From assembly GCA_002011035.2 (NCBI GenBank), contig MTLY02000003.1, positions 667,053 through 731,052 on the forward strand: a stretch of DNA of 64,000 bases. The letters are read 5' to 3'. Positions 55,679-64,000 of the stretch are shown one piece after another. The notes beneath the pieces were generated by a model that was not told the DNA's origin, searched no databases, and saw nothing but the letters and a program-made list of their open reading frames with translations. This DNA comes from Candidatus Hecatella orcuttiae (GTDB lineage: Archaea; Thermoproteota; Bathyarchaeia; Hecatellales; Hecatellaceae). A program made the translations under genes and the position numbers. Each line of letters begins with the position of its first letter. Position 1 is the first letter of the stretch.

Positions 55679-56752
55679 TCACAGCGGCAAGCTACGTTTG
55701 AGCTCCGACTTTACAAATTCCCCCGCCGCCTCATCGGTTAAGTTTGAGGTGGATTCCTGCGTCTTTCGGATAAACATGTTCAAATCTTCTACACGTCGGC
55801 TATAGACTGAGGAAAGTCTTTCCCCGGAGTGTTCAGCTATATCTATGGATTCAGCCGCCGTGATCCCGCTTTCCATCGCCAGCCTCACGCCTTCTCCGGA
55901 AAATTGGTTGCAAAAACCGGCTGCATCGCCAATCAAAACCACACGGTCTTCTCCGTTCACCGGCCTATCATGAGGAAGGACGGCGGCTTCCTCTTTAACC
56001 AATCGAATGGGGTGAAAGGAGAATTCTCGGCGCAGCCATTCTTTAAACTTCTCCATACGGGTAGACATCTGCTTAAAGGAGCCTGTAGGCAGCGCTGTTC
56101 CCAGCACAAAAAACCCGTCTTTCGGAACCACATAGGCGTAAAGGGGAGCGATCTCCTGTTTGAAAAACACATAGAAACAGTCGCTGAAATCTCCCTCAGC
56201 TTCCCACCATTCCTGTAAAGCTGTAAACATTTTCATACGCCTACACGGATACAGTTTTCTTCTCACCTGGGAAAGCGCCCCATCTGCACCTACAAAATAT
56301 AAGGCGGAAAACCTCGCCTTCTCACCGTCAACCTCCGCCGCAACCTCCACCCTCCCGCCGGCGAAGCGAAGGCCTTTAAATTCAGCCTTGAACCTCACAT
56401 CCACCCCGAAGTTCTGCGATGCTTTCTGCAGCCAACGGTCGAAGAGGTCTCGATTTACGTTGAGGAGCCTGTAGCCTCGGACAGCTCCGCCTTTCCTCCT
56501 ACCTTCAGGCGGAACGTAGAAAAGGCTGAGGGTTGGAGGTGTGCACATTACCTCTTGGGGTAGCTTCAATCCTAGGTCGCTTAAAACCTCAGTGCAGATG
56601 GAAGGAAACACTCCCCCGCAGGGCTTATGTCTAGGCGGTGCTCCCTTCTCCAGGAGAAGGGTTCTATATCCGAGTTGAGCGCATTTTATGGCTGAGGCAG
56701 CCCCAGCCGGGCCTCCTCCCACAACTATTACGTCAAAACTTTTACCTGTCAT
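55679..56752 (-). CDS. Geranylgeranyl-reductase-family flavoprotein (LipT-like by context)
   Basis: GGGPAG, KPCGG, GADG, GDAAG...GEG; lies within the lipS1/lipS2/ligase operon. Confidence 0.8.
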   Translation of the reverse strand: MTGKSFDVIVVGGGPAGAASAIKCAQLGYRTLLLEKGAPPRHKPCGGVFPSICTEVLSDLGLKLPQEVMCTPPTLSLFYVPPEGRRKGGAVRGYRLLNVNRDLFDRWLQKASQNFGVDVRFKAEFKGLRFAGGRVEVAAEVDGEKARFSALYFVGADGALSQVRRKLYPCRRMKMFTALQEWWEAEGDFSDCFYVFFKQEIAPLYAYVVPKDGFFVLGTALPTGSFKQMSTRMEKFKEWLRREFSFHPIRLVKEEAAVLPHDRPVNGEDRVVLIGDAAGFCNQFSGEGVRLAMESGITAAESIDIAEHSGERLSSVYSRRVEDLNMFIRKTQESTSNLTDEAAGEFVKSELKRSLPL

Positions 56753-56753
56753 A

Positions 56754-58391
56754 CTACCGTCTTCTTCCAACTTGTGGAAGTAGCTTTTCAAGCAAGTCTG
56801 TTTTCAATTTTGTCTGGGCGTTAAACTCCCCCTTGTATGCTTCTCCCTCTTTTCCGAGGTCGTAGCAGGTCTGGTCTTCGATGCCGATGATAAGCCCTGG
56901 AACCCCCGCCTGCTCTAAGTCGTCCCTATGCTTGCAGTAAAAAGCTTCGCAGCAGCATCCAACATACCCTCTTGCCTTTTCTCTCCTCAACTTCTCTAAA
57001 ACCTCCATCAGATGTTCGAAGCTTAGGATGGTGATGACCTTCATTCCCACACGCTCAGCCAGCTCGTAGGCTTCTCCAACTGAGCAAACTCCGCACTTTT
57101 CGCAGCTGTCTAGGAAGCGGTGTTTGCACGAGAGGTCTTTGGCGCAGTAAGGCAGAAGAAGGTATTCACCTTCAAAACCGTTCTCCGAAAGGCTATGCCG
57201 CAAAACAGGGTACAAGCAGTTTACCTCTTCCTCCGAGAGACCTATCTTCTCAAAAGACAACTTATCCGCAGCCTCCAGAATAAGTTCAACGATATGTCCT
57301 GGAGTCACCCCAACTATCTGAACGGATTTTTCCGCAAAGAAGCTTTCAACAATATTCTGCGCTTCTTCAAGCTGAGTTGCCTTTAAGGCTGCTTCTAGGT
57401 CGAGGATCGCCCGGGATGGGAAGGTGAAGAAATCCCCTGTGATGAATACTTGCTTGATGATTTCTGATTCTCTGTCTAATGCCAGCGAAACCCTCACCAG
57501 TCCTCCCGGCGTTTTATCCACTGCATGCACCATTCCCAGCCCATGGGACAAGCGCCTATCCGAATAGATCCACTGGTCAGACTGGAAATAGGGAAGTTTC
57601 TCCTTGAACATGTTCTCTTCCGCTTCTGTTAGACTCCCTTCGATCAACCTAACCTTCAAGGCTTTCTCGAATCCTTTCACCAGAGCCTCCTTAATTTTCT
57701 GGTAGCTGGGAGTGCTGCCTAGTTCCCAGCTTAGGCATGTTACCCTCTGTTTTACGGACTTAAGCTCCTTATCCTTCAGCTTCACAATGGGTATCCGTAA
57801 GGCGCGGATCATAGAGTCTACGTCGAAGTCGGTGAGAAGCGTGCCTTGGAATAGAAACACCTCACCCCGCTCCACACCCCCGGTGCCGGAGATTTTTCTA
57901 CCGTTCACTTCCACATCGTTTTTCGGCCGGAAGGCTCCTTCGACGCCCAAGGTTTTAAGGGCGTAGATTACTCCTTGGCACATCCACTTGAACAGCTCCT
58001 CTCTGGCATGGTAGTTGGGGACAGCGGATTTGGAGGCGACTATTTCCCACCCTATCGACGACTGGTCAAAGTAGATGGCTCCCCCGCCTGTGAGCCTTCT
58101 GTTGACGTCGATTCCTTTTTCTTCAACGTAGGATAAGCGGACTTCCTGCTCTACATCTTGATGGTAGCCCACCAAAACCGCTGGGGGGTTGAACCTGAGA
58201 AATCGTAGAGTATCCGGAGTGAGATGGGAAGACCGACACTCCAGTAGGGCGTCGTCTAACGCCATGTTCTCCGCAGCAGTACGTACACCTGTATCCAGCA
58301 GCCGCCACTCCACAGTCTCCTCACCGGAACACTCCGTTAGCCTAAACAAGTTCTCTCCAAAGGAGCGAGCAACATTCACTGTGGAACTCAA
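56754..58391 (-). CDS. Lipoate-protein ligase (LplAB fusion) with C-terminal DUF116-like Cys-rich domain
   Basis: NMALD, RRLTGGGAIY, NDVEVNGRKISG, GDFF; LLLPYC..C..CEKCGVCSV, GCCCEAF. Confidence 0.9.
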   Translation of the reverse strand: MSSTVNVARSFGENLFRLTECSGEETVEWRLLDTGVRTAAENMALDDALLECRSSHLTPDTLRFLRFNPPAVLVGYHQDVEQEVRLSYVEEKGIDVNRRLTGGGAIYFDQSSIGWEIVASKSAVPNYHAREELFKWMCQGVIYALKTLGVEGAFRPKNDVEVNGRKISGTGGVERGEVFLFQGTLLTDFDVDSMIRALRIPIVKLKDKELKSVKQRVTCLSWELGSTPSYQKIKEALVKGFEKALKVRLIEGSLTEAEENMFKEKLPYFQSDQWIYSDRRLSHGLGMVHAVDKTPGGLVRVSLALDRESEIIKQVFITGDFFTFPSRAILDLEAALKATQLEEAQNIVESFFAEKSVQIVGVTPGHIVELILEAADKLSFEKIGLSEEEVNCLYPVLRHSLSENGFEGEYLLLPYCAKDLSCKHRFLDSCEKCGVCSVGEAYELAERVGMKVITILSFEHLMEVLEKLRREKARGYVGCCCEAFYCKHRDDLEQAGVPGLIIGIEDQTCYDLGKEGEAYKGEFNAQTKLKTDLLEKLLPQVGRRR

Positions 58392-59355
58392 CGCTGAGCT
58401 TCAGCTTCTCAGCCAGCCGGTATGCCTCCTCACAGGGGTAGGCAAGCCCATTTACGCCAGCCTTCAAAGCCAAGATGTCGGTTTCGATCCTCTGCTCTCC
58501 CCTAGGCCGGGCGCACCCTAAAATTATCGGCGTCCTAGGCATGCTCAGTCTTGAAGCAAGGATCACTCTGGCGATGTCCATAGGGCTGGGGGGCGCTGCA
58601 TGCCCCATGGGCGTTCCTGCCAGAGGCATGAGGGCGACGACGACTACGGCCGCCGGTCGATGTCTGGCAAGCATCTCCACAGCTTTCCCTTCACCCAGCA
58701 ACCGCCCGTAGTGGATGCCTACCACGATGTGGGGGACGGTTGGTATGCAATTTTTCTCCAGAACGGATAACGTTGAGCTAAAATCTTCCACGCTTCGGTC
58801 TAGATGGTAGACTTTCCTAACAGTTTCATCCGCTCCGAGGATGTCGACCATGGCAGCGTCTACACCCACGTCCACTAATTCTTCCGCCAAGGACTGGTCG
58901 ATAAGCCCTACATGCACCGCCAATTTTAATCCAATCTCCCGCTTTATGCGCTTCATCACGGGGACGAATTTTTTCAGGGGAACACTACCGTCGTGTATGC
59001 CGCCGCCAGTGATTAGGCATCCAACTCCCCCGGCTTTTTTGACCAGTTCACATGTTTTGAAAAGTTTTTCAGGGGTTGGCGCTGGGATCATGTTCTCCAG
59101 CATTTTTCCTCTGCAGTGTTCGCAGTTAAGCTGACATGTCCTCCCAGTAATGGAGATCCCGGGAAACCTGTAAGGGTCACCGGCTTGGTAGAAAGATGTT
59201 GCGTAACGCACCATGCCAGGGGCGTAGAAATGAATCACGTCTCGGAAGTTTCTTCTAGAGAGACGGTAGGCCTTCTCGAAGATAGAGAAAAGCCTGCGGC
59301 TGGAGGCGTTGAAACAGTCTTCTATCAAGTTCATGTCCAAGTAAACTCCTAGCAT
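58342..59355 (-). CDS. lipS1: Radical SAM lipoyl synthase LipS1
   Basis: CQLNCEHC plus the GCAR and terminal CC motifs described for LipS1. Confidence 0.82.
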   Translation of the reverse strand: MLGVYLDMNLIEDCFNASSRRLFSIFEKAYRLSRRNFRDVIHFYAPGMVRYATSFYQAGDPYRFPGISITGRTCQLNCEHCRGKMLENMIPAPTPEKLFKTCELVKKAGGVGCLITGGGIHDGSVPLKKFVPVMKRIKREIGLKLAVHVGLIDQSLAEELVDVGVDAAMVDILGADETVRKVYHLDRSVEDFSSTLSVLEKNCIPTVPHIVVGIHYGRLLGEGKAVEMLARHRPAAVVVVALMPLAGTPMGHAAPPSPMDIARVILASRLSMPRTPIILGCARPRGEQRIETDILALKAGVNGLAYPCEEAYRLAEKLKLSVEFHSECCSLLWRELV

Positions 59356-60551
59356 CGATAACGCTGGTTTAACAGCTCCCCAGCCACCTCACCCATCCAG
59401 ACCCTAACCGGCTCCTCAGAATAGTCCCACAGCTGCCTTCTGATGAGTTCTACATCATCCCGGTTAGGTTGGAAAGGATAGTTCCGCAGCTCCCCCAAAT
59501 ATGCTTGGTAAGGAGTGCAGTTTGAAAACGGCCTATTGCAGGCGCTGTCCATACTTTTGCCAGCGCACCCCGAGGTCATAAACGGCCAGCCGCTTTCCAC
59601 TGTCTCATTCAATAAGTCTTCTGCGATGCCGAAGTCTGTTAGTCTGCCTACCCTGTCAAACGTCATATCTTCCACCCTAGCTAGGCCTTTGTTTATCAAA
59701 AACCTAGCAAGCTGAACTCTCCGGTATTTTCCTATAGGCGGCTGCAGGCTGTCTTGCAACTGCGAGTTTTCTTCCGGGAAGAAGGAGAAAAGATGGGTGA
59801 GGGCGCCTGCGTCATAGGCCTTCTGAATAGTCTTCACTGCCTCTTCCTCTGTTTCACCTAAACCTACGATGAGGTGTATGCCCACGTTGAATCTGCCGAA
59901 GACTTCCACAGACTCCTCCACAACCCTCCAGTATTTGTTCCACTTATGAGGTCCTCCAACGCCTTTGCCTCTCAGCCTTTCAAACAGTTCCGGCGTCGCA
60001 GCGTCAACTGCCACACCCACCTTGTCAGCGCCAGCGTGCTTCAACTTACCTAGCCATTTCTTGTCGACGATGGTAGGTGCGATGAGGGCGGAGACGGCTT
60101 CGATCTTCTCGCTGAGCACCCCTACAATTTTCAACGTGTCGTTTTTCGCTTTACCGTTGGTGACCATGGAGACGCATACTCTCTCCACATGACTGCAGAA
60201 TCCGCTTTCTATCCTTCGGGCAACGTCTTCAAGGAGGACCACAGGCCACTCTACCCGTATGAAACTGTATTCGTCCCAAGGTTTAGCTATGGTTCGAGTG
60301 TGGGAGAGCCCGCAGTAGGCGCATCTCCCGGCGCACCCCTCCCTGTAGGTCAGAAGAAGGTTAAGGCAGTATAGTTTGGCATTCCGATAGAATCTCCCAG
60401 GCATTAAGCCCAACGTTATGGCAGCGGCGAGGCTTGTCCTCACATATTCAGGGGATTCACGCGGAGGCGAAGGACCTGTCGAAGGTTCCACGACACGGTT
60501 CACCGCCAGTCTCGAGGCTGTATCTTCAATGGAAACATCCCTTTGAAACAT
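59349..60551 (-). CDS. lipS2: Radical SAM lipoyl synthase LipS2
   Basis: CAGRCAYC plus TSGC......ACNRP, a variant of the TxGCPxCNRP motif of LipS2. Confidence 0.82.
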   Translation of the reverse strand: MFQRDVSIEDTASRLAVNRVVEPSTGPSPPRESPEYVRTSLAAAITLGLMPGRFYRNAKLYCLNLLLTYREGCAGRCAYCGLSHTRTIAKPWDEYSFIRVEWPVVLLEDVARRIESGFCSHVERVCVSMVTNGKAKNDTLKIVGVLSEKIEAVSALIAPTIVDKKWLGKLKHAGADKVGVAVDAATPELFERLRGKGVGGPHKWNKYWRVVEESVEVFGRFNVGIHLIVGLGETEEEAVKTIQKAYDAGALTHLFSFFPEENSQLQDSLQPPIGKYRRVQLARFLINKGLARVEDMTFDRVGRLTDFGIAEDLLNETVESGWPFMTSGCAGKSMDSACNRPFSNCTPYQAYLGELRNYPFQPNRDDVELIRRQLWDYSEEPVRVWMGEVAGELLNQRYRC

Positions 60552-60659
60552 TTTTTCTCCAGCAACATCTCAAGTTTGAGCAATCGGTTTTTCGGCGCAA
60601 TAAAATTTATATTTTTTCCAATTGTATTTATGACTATTGGAATTATGTGAGGTTTCTTC

Positions 60660-62828
60660 ATGAAAAAAATAGTAAAATCCATCTGCACCCAATGCCACTG
60701 CGAATGCGGAGTACTGGTTCACGTGGAAGACGGTGTGGTCAAGAAAATCGAAGGAGACCCGGAGTTCCCTCAAAACGAGGGTACCATGTGCCCGAAAGGT
60801 TTAGCGTTTGTTCAACTGCTCTACCACCCGGATCGTTTGAAGTATCCCATGAAGCGAGTTGGCGAAAAAGGGGAAGGCAAATGGGAGAGAATATCGTGGG
60901 AGGAAGCCTTAGATTTGATGGCAGCTAAATTCACGGAATACAGAGAAAAATACGGCCCCCAATCCATCGCCTTCGGCTTTTGCGACGGAGACAGAGACGA
61001 AGTCGGCCCATGGATGGCTTGGCTTATTGCCGTAGGCAGCCCCTATATTTTCGGCACCGACGCGCACTACTGCCTCCGACCTGCTTTCGTGGCTGATTCG
61101 CTTACCTTCGGCCAGTCTCACACATGGGAGGTGGGGCCTGACTACGACAATAGCAACTGCATCCTCATCTGGGGGGCTAATCCCGTCGAAAGCCACCCTT
61201 GCTCCACTGCACGGAGAATCCTCAAAGCCAGAGCTAGAGGCGCGAAGCTGATAGTCGTTGACCCCAGGTTCACGCCTCTTGCTTCCAAGGCGGATGTTTG
61301 GCTGCAGCCGCGACCGGCCACCGATGCGGCTGTGGCCTTGGGGATGCTGAACGTCATCATCAACGAGAAGCTTTACGATGAAGATTTTGTGAAAAACTGG
61401 TGCACCGGCTTCGAGGAGTTAAAAGAGCGCGTGCAGCAGTATCCTCCAAGCAAAGTAGCGGAAATCAGCTGGGTGCCTGAGGAAGACCTAGTTAAAGCTG
61501 CCAGATTGTATGCAAAAAATAAGCCCTGTGCCTTCCATACGCGGATGGGGTTGCTTATGAACACCAACAACCTTCAAACAGTTCGAGCGGTGGACTTGCT
61601 GTCCGCTGTTACAGGTAACGTTGACATAAAAGGAAGCAATATTCTGCCCTATCCTTCACCTCCTCGCTCCCGGTCCTACGTCGACTTCTTCCGACTTCAT
61701 AAGGAGTCCATACCCTTGGAGCTCTTTGAGACGAGGCCTGGGTACAAAGAATGGCCTCTTATCTATGGCTACGACTCGCCTTGGAATGATGCTCACCCCC
61801 CCTCGGCCATCGAGGCCATAGCGAGAGGTCAAGTTAAGGCGATGATATGGGTCAACGACCCGGTGATGGGACTTCAAAACAGCAAGAAGATTCAGGAGTC
61901 CCTTAAAAAGCTGGAATTCATGGTGGGCATAGACTTCTTCCTGTCGCCCACCGCCAATCTGGCGGACATAGTTCTCCCTTCGGCTACATGGCTGGAGAGA
62001 GACATGATCCACGATCTGCACTATTTCTATCTTCCGCCCAAAGGAAAACGCGACTATCACGAGTCTTTCGTGAGCATCGGGGAAAAAGTGATAGAGCCGC
62101 TTTACGAGTGCTGGGAAGAGAGAAAAATGGCTGCGGAGTTAATTAAAAGAATGGGGCTGAAATCACCTATTCCCATAGATAGCTCAGACGCCTATAACAA
62201 CTGGCGGCTGGAGCCTTTGGGCATCACCGTCGACGAGTTGAAGAAAAAACGCATCGTAAGCATACCGATCAAGTACAAGAAATACGAGGAAATAGGCTTT
62301 CAAACGCCTTCGTTCAACGTTGAACTCTGCTCCAACGTGCTGAAGGAGCAGGGCTTCGACCCATTGCCCTACTACGAGGAACCCCCGGAGAGCCCCTACA
62401 GCACCCCGGAGCTTGCAAAGGAATACCCTTTCATCCTGATTTCTGGGGGAAGGCATATCTGCTTCTACCATGGAGCTCTGCGGCAGCTTCCTTGGCTGAG
62501 GGAGCTGAACCCTGAGCCTAAAGTGGAGATCAACCCTGAAACCGCGGAGGAGCTAGGCATTCGAAACGGAGACTGGGTTTGGATTGAGACTCCCAGAAGA
62601 AAGGGTGAGCGGGTTAAACTGAAAGCTGAACTTACGGAAACAGTGCACCCCAAGGTGATTCACGCCTATTCCCACTGGTGGTTCCCTGAAAGGAAAGACG
62701 ACCCTGACCGGGGATGTTTCGAGTCAAACATCAACATCATAACCTACGATGATCCTCCCTACGACAAGCATTCGGGAACCCCCCTGATAAGAGGTTGCTT
62801 ATGTAAAATAGGCAAGGTGGAGGCTTGA
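60660..62828 (+). CDS. Cytoplasmic Mo/W-bisPGD oxidoreductase, acetylene-hydratase-like clade
   Basis: CTQCHCEC..MCPKG [4Fe-4S] motif, HYC metal ligand, WGANP, DPLPYYEEPPESP, WWFPE; no Tat signal. Confidence 0.88.
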   Translation: MKKIVKSICTQCHCECGVLVHVEDGVVKKIEGDPEFPQNEGTMCPKGLAFVQLLYHPDRLKYPMKRVGEKGEGKWERISWEEALDLMAAKFTEYREKYGPQSIAFGFCDGDRDEVGPWMAWLIAVGSPYIFGTDAHYCLRPAFVADSLTFGQSHTWEVGPDYDNSNCILIWGANPVESHPCSTARRILKARARGAKLIVVDPRFTPLASKADVWLQPRPATDAAVALGMLNVIINEKLYDEDFVKNWCTGFEELKERVQQYPPSKVAEISWVPEEDLVKAARLYAKNKPCAFHTRMGLLMNTNNLQTVRAVDLLSAVTGNVDIKGSNILPYPSPPRSRSYVDFFRLHKESIPLELFETRPGYKEWPLIYGYDSPWNDAHPPSAIEAIARGQVKAMIWVNDPVMGLQNSKKIQESLKKLEFMVGIDFFLSPTANLADIVLPSATWLERDMIHDLHYFYLPPKGKRDYHESFVSIGEKVIEPLYECWEERKMAAELIKRMGLKSPIPIDSSDAYNNWRLEPLGITVDELKKKRIVSIPIKYKKYEEIGFQTPSFNVELCSNVLKEQGFDPLPYYEEPPESPYSTPELAKEYPFILISGGRHICFYHGALRQLPWLRELNPEPKVEINPETAEELGIRNGDWVWIETPRRKGERVKLKAELTETVHPKVIHAYSHWWFPERKDDPDRGCFESNINIITYDDPPYDKHSGTPLIRGCLCKIGKVEA

Positions 62829-62832
62829 GACA

Positions 62833-63321
62833 ATGGTTAAGTATGCGCTGATGTTCCATCCCGATCGCTGCGTCGGATGCCCCACTTGCGTGGTAGCCTG
62901 CAAGCAGGAAAACGAGATTCCTGTAGGGCCTTCCTGGCTGAGGATAACCAAGCGCGTATACAAGGTCGACGGGAAACTTAAGATGAGTTTCAACCTCCTG
63001 CGATGCATGCACTGCGGCAGACCTCCCTGCATTGAAGCCTGCCCGGTGAACGCTATAACCAAACGCTCAGACGGGATTGTCTTGATAAACAAGGAGCTGT
63101 GTACCGGCTGTAAAGCCTGCATCGAAGCCTGCCCCTTCAAAGCTCCGCAATACAACCCGGAAAAGGACGTAGTGGAGATGTGCACCCTCTGCGTTCACAG
63201 GATTGAGAAGGGACTGCTACCCTCCTGCGTTCAACACTGCCCAGCAGGGGCCTTATATTTTGGGGACGTGAACGCCGTCACAGCTGCGCTTCAGGAAAAC
63301 AAATGGCCCACTGAAGTCTAA
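62833..63321 (+). CDS. 4x[4Fe-4S] electron-transfer subunit (DmsB/NrfC-like)
   Basis: CVGCPTCVVAC, CMHC..PPC..ACP, CTGCKAC..ACP, CTLC..PSCVQHCP. Confidence 0.92.
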   Translation: MVKYALMFHPDRCVGCPTCVVACKQENEIPVGPSWLRITKRVYKVDGKLKMSFNLLRCMHCGRPPCIEACPVNAITKRSDGIVLINKELCTGCKACIEACPFKAPQYNPEKDVVEMCTLCVHRIEKGLLPSCVQHCPAGALYFGDVNAVTAALQENKWPTEV

Positions 63322-63420
63322 GGGCTGACGGCCCCGGATTTTTTCATTTTTTAACCGATAAGTTTCCCTAGGTCCTAAAATTATATAGGGACCCTCGGCA
63401 AAACAATGCAAGGTGTCAAC

Positions 63421-63855
63421 ATGGTTAAGGTTGAGAACTATAATCTGCCGGATGAACTTTATTACTGGGCTAAAGGCTACACTTGGGCTAAGATAGAATC
63501 CGGCGACAGAGTGAGAGTAGGCATCACGGACTTCGGCCAAGACCAGGCGGGAAAAGACCTGCACATCCGCATACGGCCTAAAGGCAGCTCGGTGGTTCAG
63601 GGGAAATTCTTCGGAACCTTGGAGTCAGCGAAATGGGTCGGACCTCTGGAGTCCCCGGTGAGCGGAGTCATCGTAGATGTTAACGAAGAAATCAAAAAGC
63701 CTGAAAACAGAAACCTCGTCAAAGAAGATCCCTATGGGAGAGGGTGGTTGGCGGTAATTCAGCCTTCCAATCTGGAGAGAGAACTTAAAAATCTTCTCCA
63801 AGGCGAAGCCGCTGTGAAATGGTTAACCGAAGAGATCGCTAAAGCTAAAAAGTAG
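63421..63855 (+). CDS. gcvH: Lipoyl-carrier GcvH/LbpA-like protein
   Basis: RVGITD, LESAKWVGPL.SPVSG (lipoyl Lys), DPYGRGW. Confidence 0.88.
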   Translation: MVKVENYNLPDELYYWAKGYTWAKIESGDRVRVGITDFGQDQAGKDLHIRIRPKGSSVVQGKFFGTLESAKWVGPLESPVSGVIVDVNEEIKKPENRNLVKEDPYGRGWLAVIQPSNLERELKNLLQGEAAVKWLTEEIAKAKK

Positions 63856-64000
63856 CTAAACTGAAAAGTAGAATCGAAAATTTTTATAATTCTTGCTCCA
63901 TAAAAAAGTTATGCCTGTTTTCTCTTTTGTGGGTAAGAGTGTTGCTCGGTTTGATGGTTTGGAGAAGGCTACGGGTCGGGCTGTTTTTGTGGGGGATTTG

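Noticed and set aside
55679-56752. Membrane-lipid digeranylgeranylglycerophospholipid reductase
   Set aside because: It lacks the YxWxFP motif (has YAYVVP) and sits in a lipoylation operon, so a LipT-like role is more plausible, though unproven
58342-60551. Biotin synthase or classical LipA assignment for the two radical SAM genes
   Set aside because: They lack the LipA CX4CX5C motif and BioB context; the motifs fit LipS1/LipS2

Overview
Archaeal chromosomal segment. The TATA/BRE promoters, bulge-helix-bulge (BHB) intron tRNA, type I-A cas genes and gene repertoire suggest a TACK/Bathyarchaeia-like anaerobe, which is an inference. In order: (1) tetrapyrrole genes hemL(3' end)-hemC-cobA-hemD plus DUF362 and FMN-binding genes; (2) cysteate synthase and fused comDE (coenzyme M-type pathway) opposite an orphan SsuA/THI5-fold gene; (3) a small AT-rich islet ending in an integron attC-like site; (4) tRNA-Lys(UUU) with three BHB introns (9/10, 37/38, 43/44); (5) a ~10 kb island of HEAT-repeat, Jag_N, FecR and PH-like membrane proteins with recurring amphipathic terminal helices; (6) a mosaic type I-A CRISPR-Cas locus (csa3, csa5-cas7-cas5-cas8a-cas3'-cas3'', vapBC, cas4 remnant, cas6, cas2-csa1-cas1-cas4) with 61 intact 37-bp repeats; (7) an N-heterocycle catabolic cluster (cyclase, DUF1116, Rid, a C-terminal-GG small protein, xanthine-dehydrogenase-family LSM, deaminases, enamidase); (8) a LipS1/LipS2-lipoate ligase-LipT-GcvH lipoylation module joined to a FAD oxidase/CCG Fe-S pair and an acetylene-hydratase-like Mo/W enzyme. 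All family assignments are by motif recognition by eye; no database searches were run.
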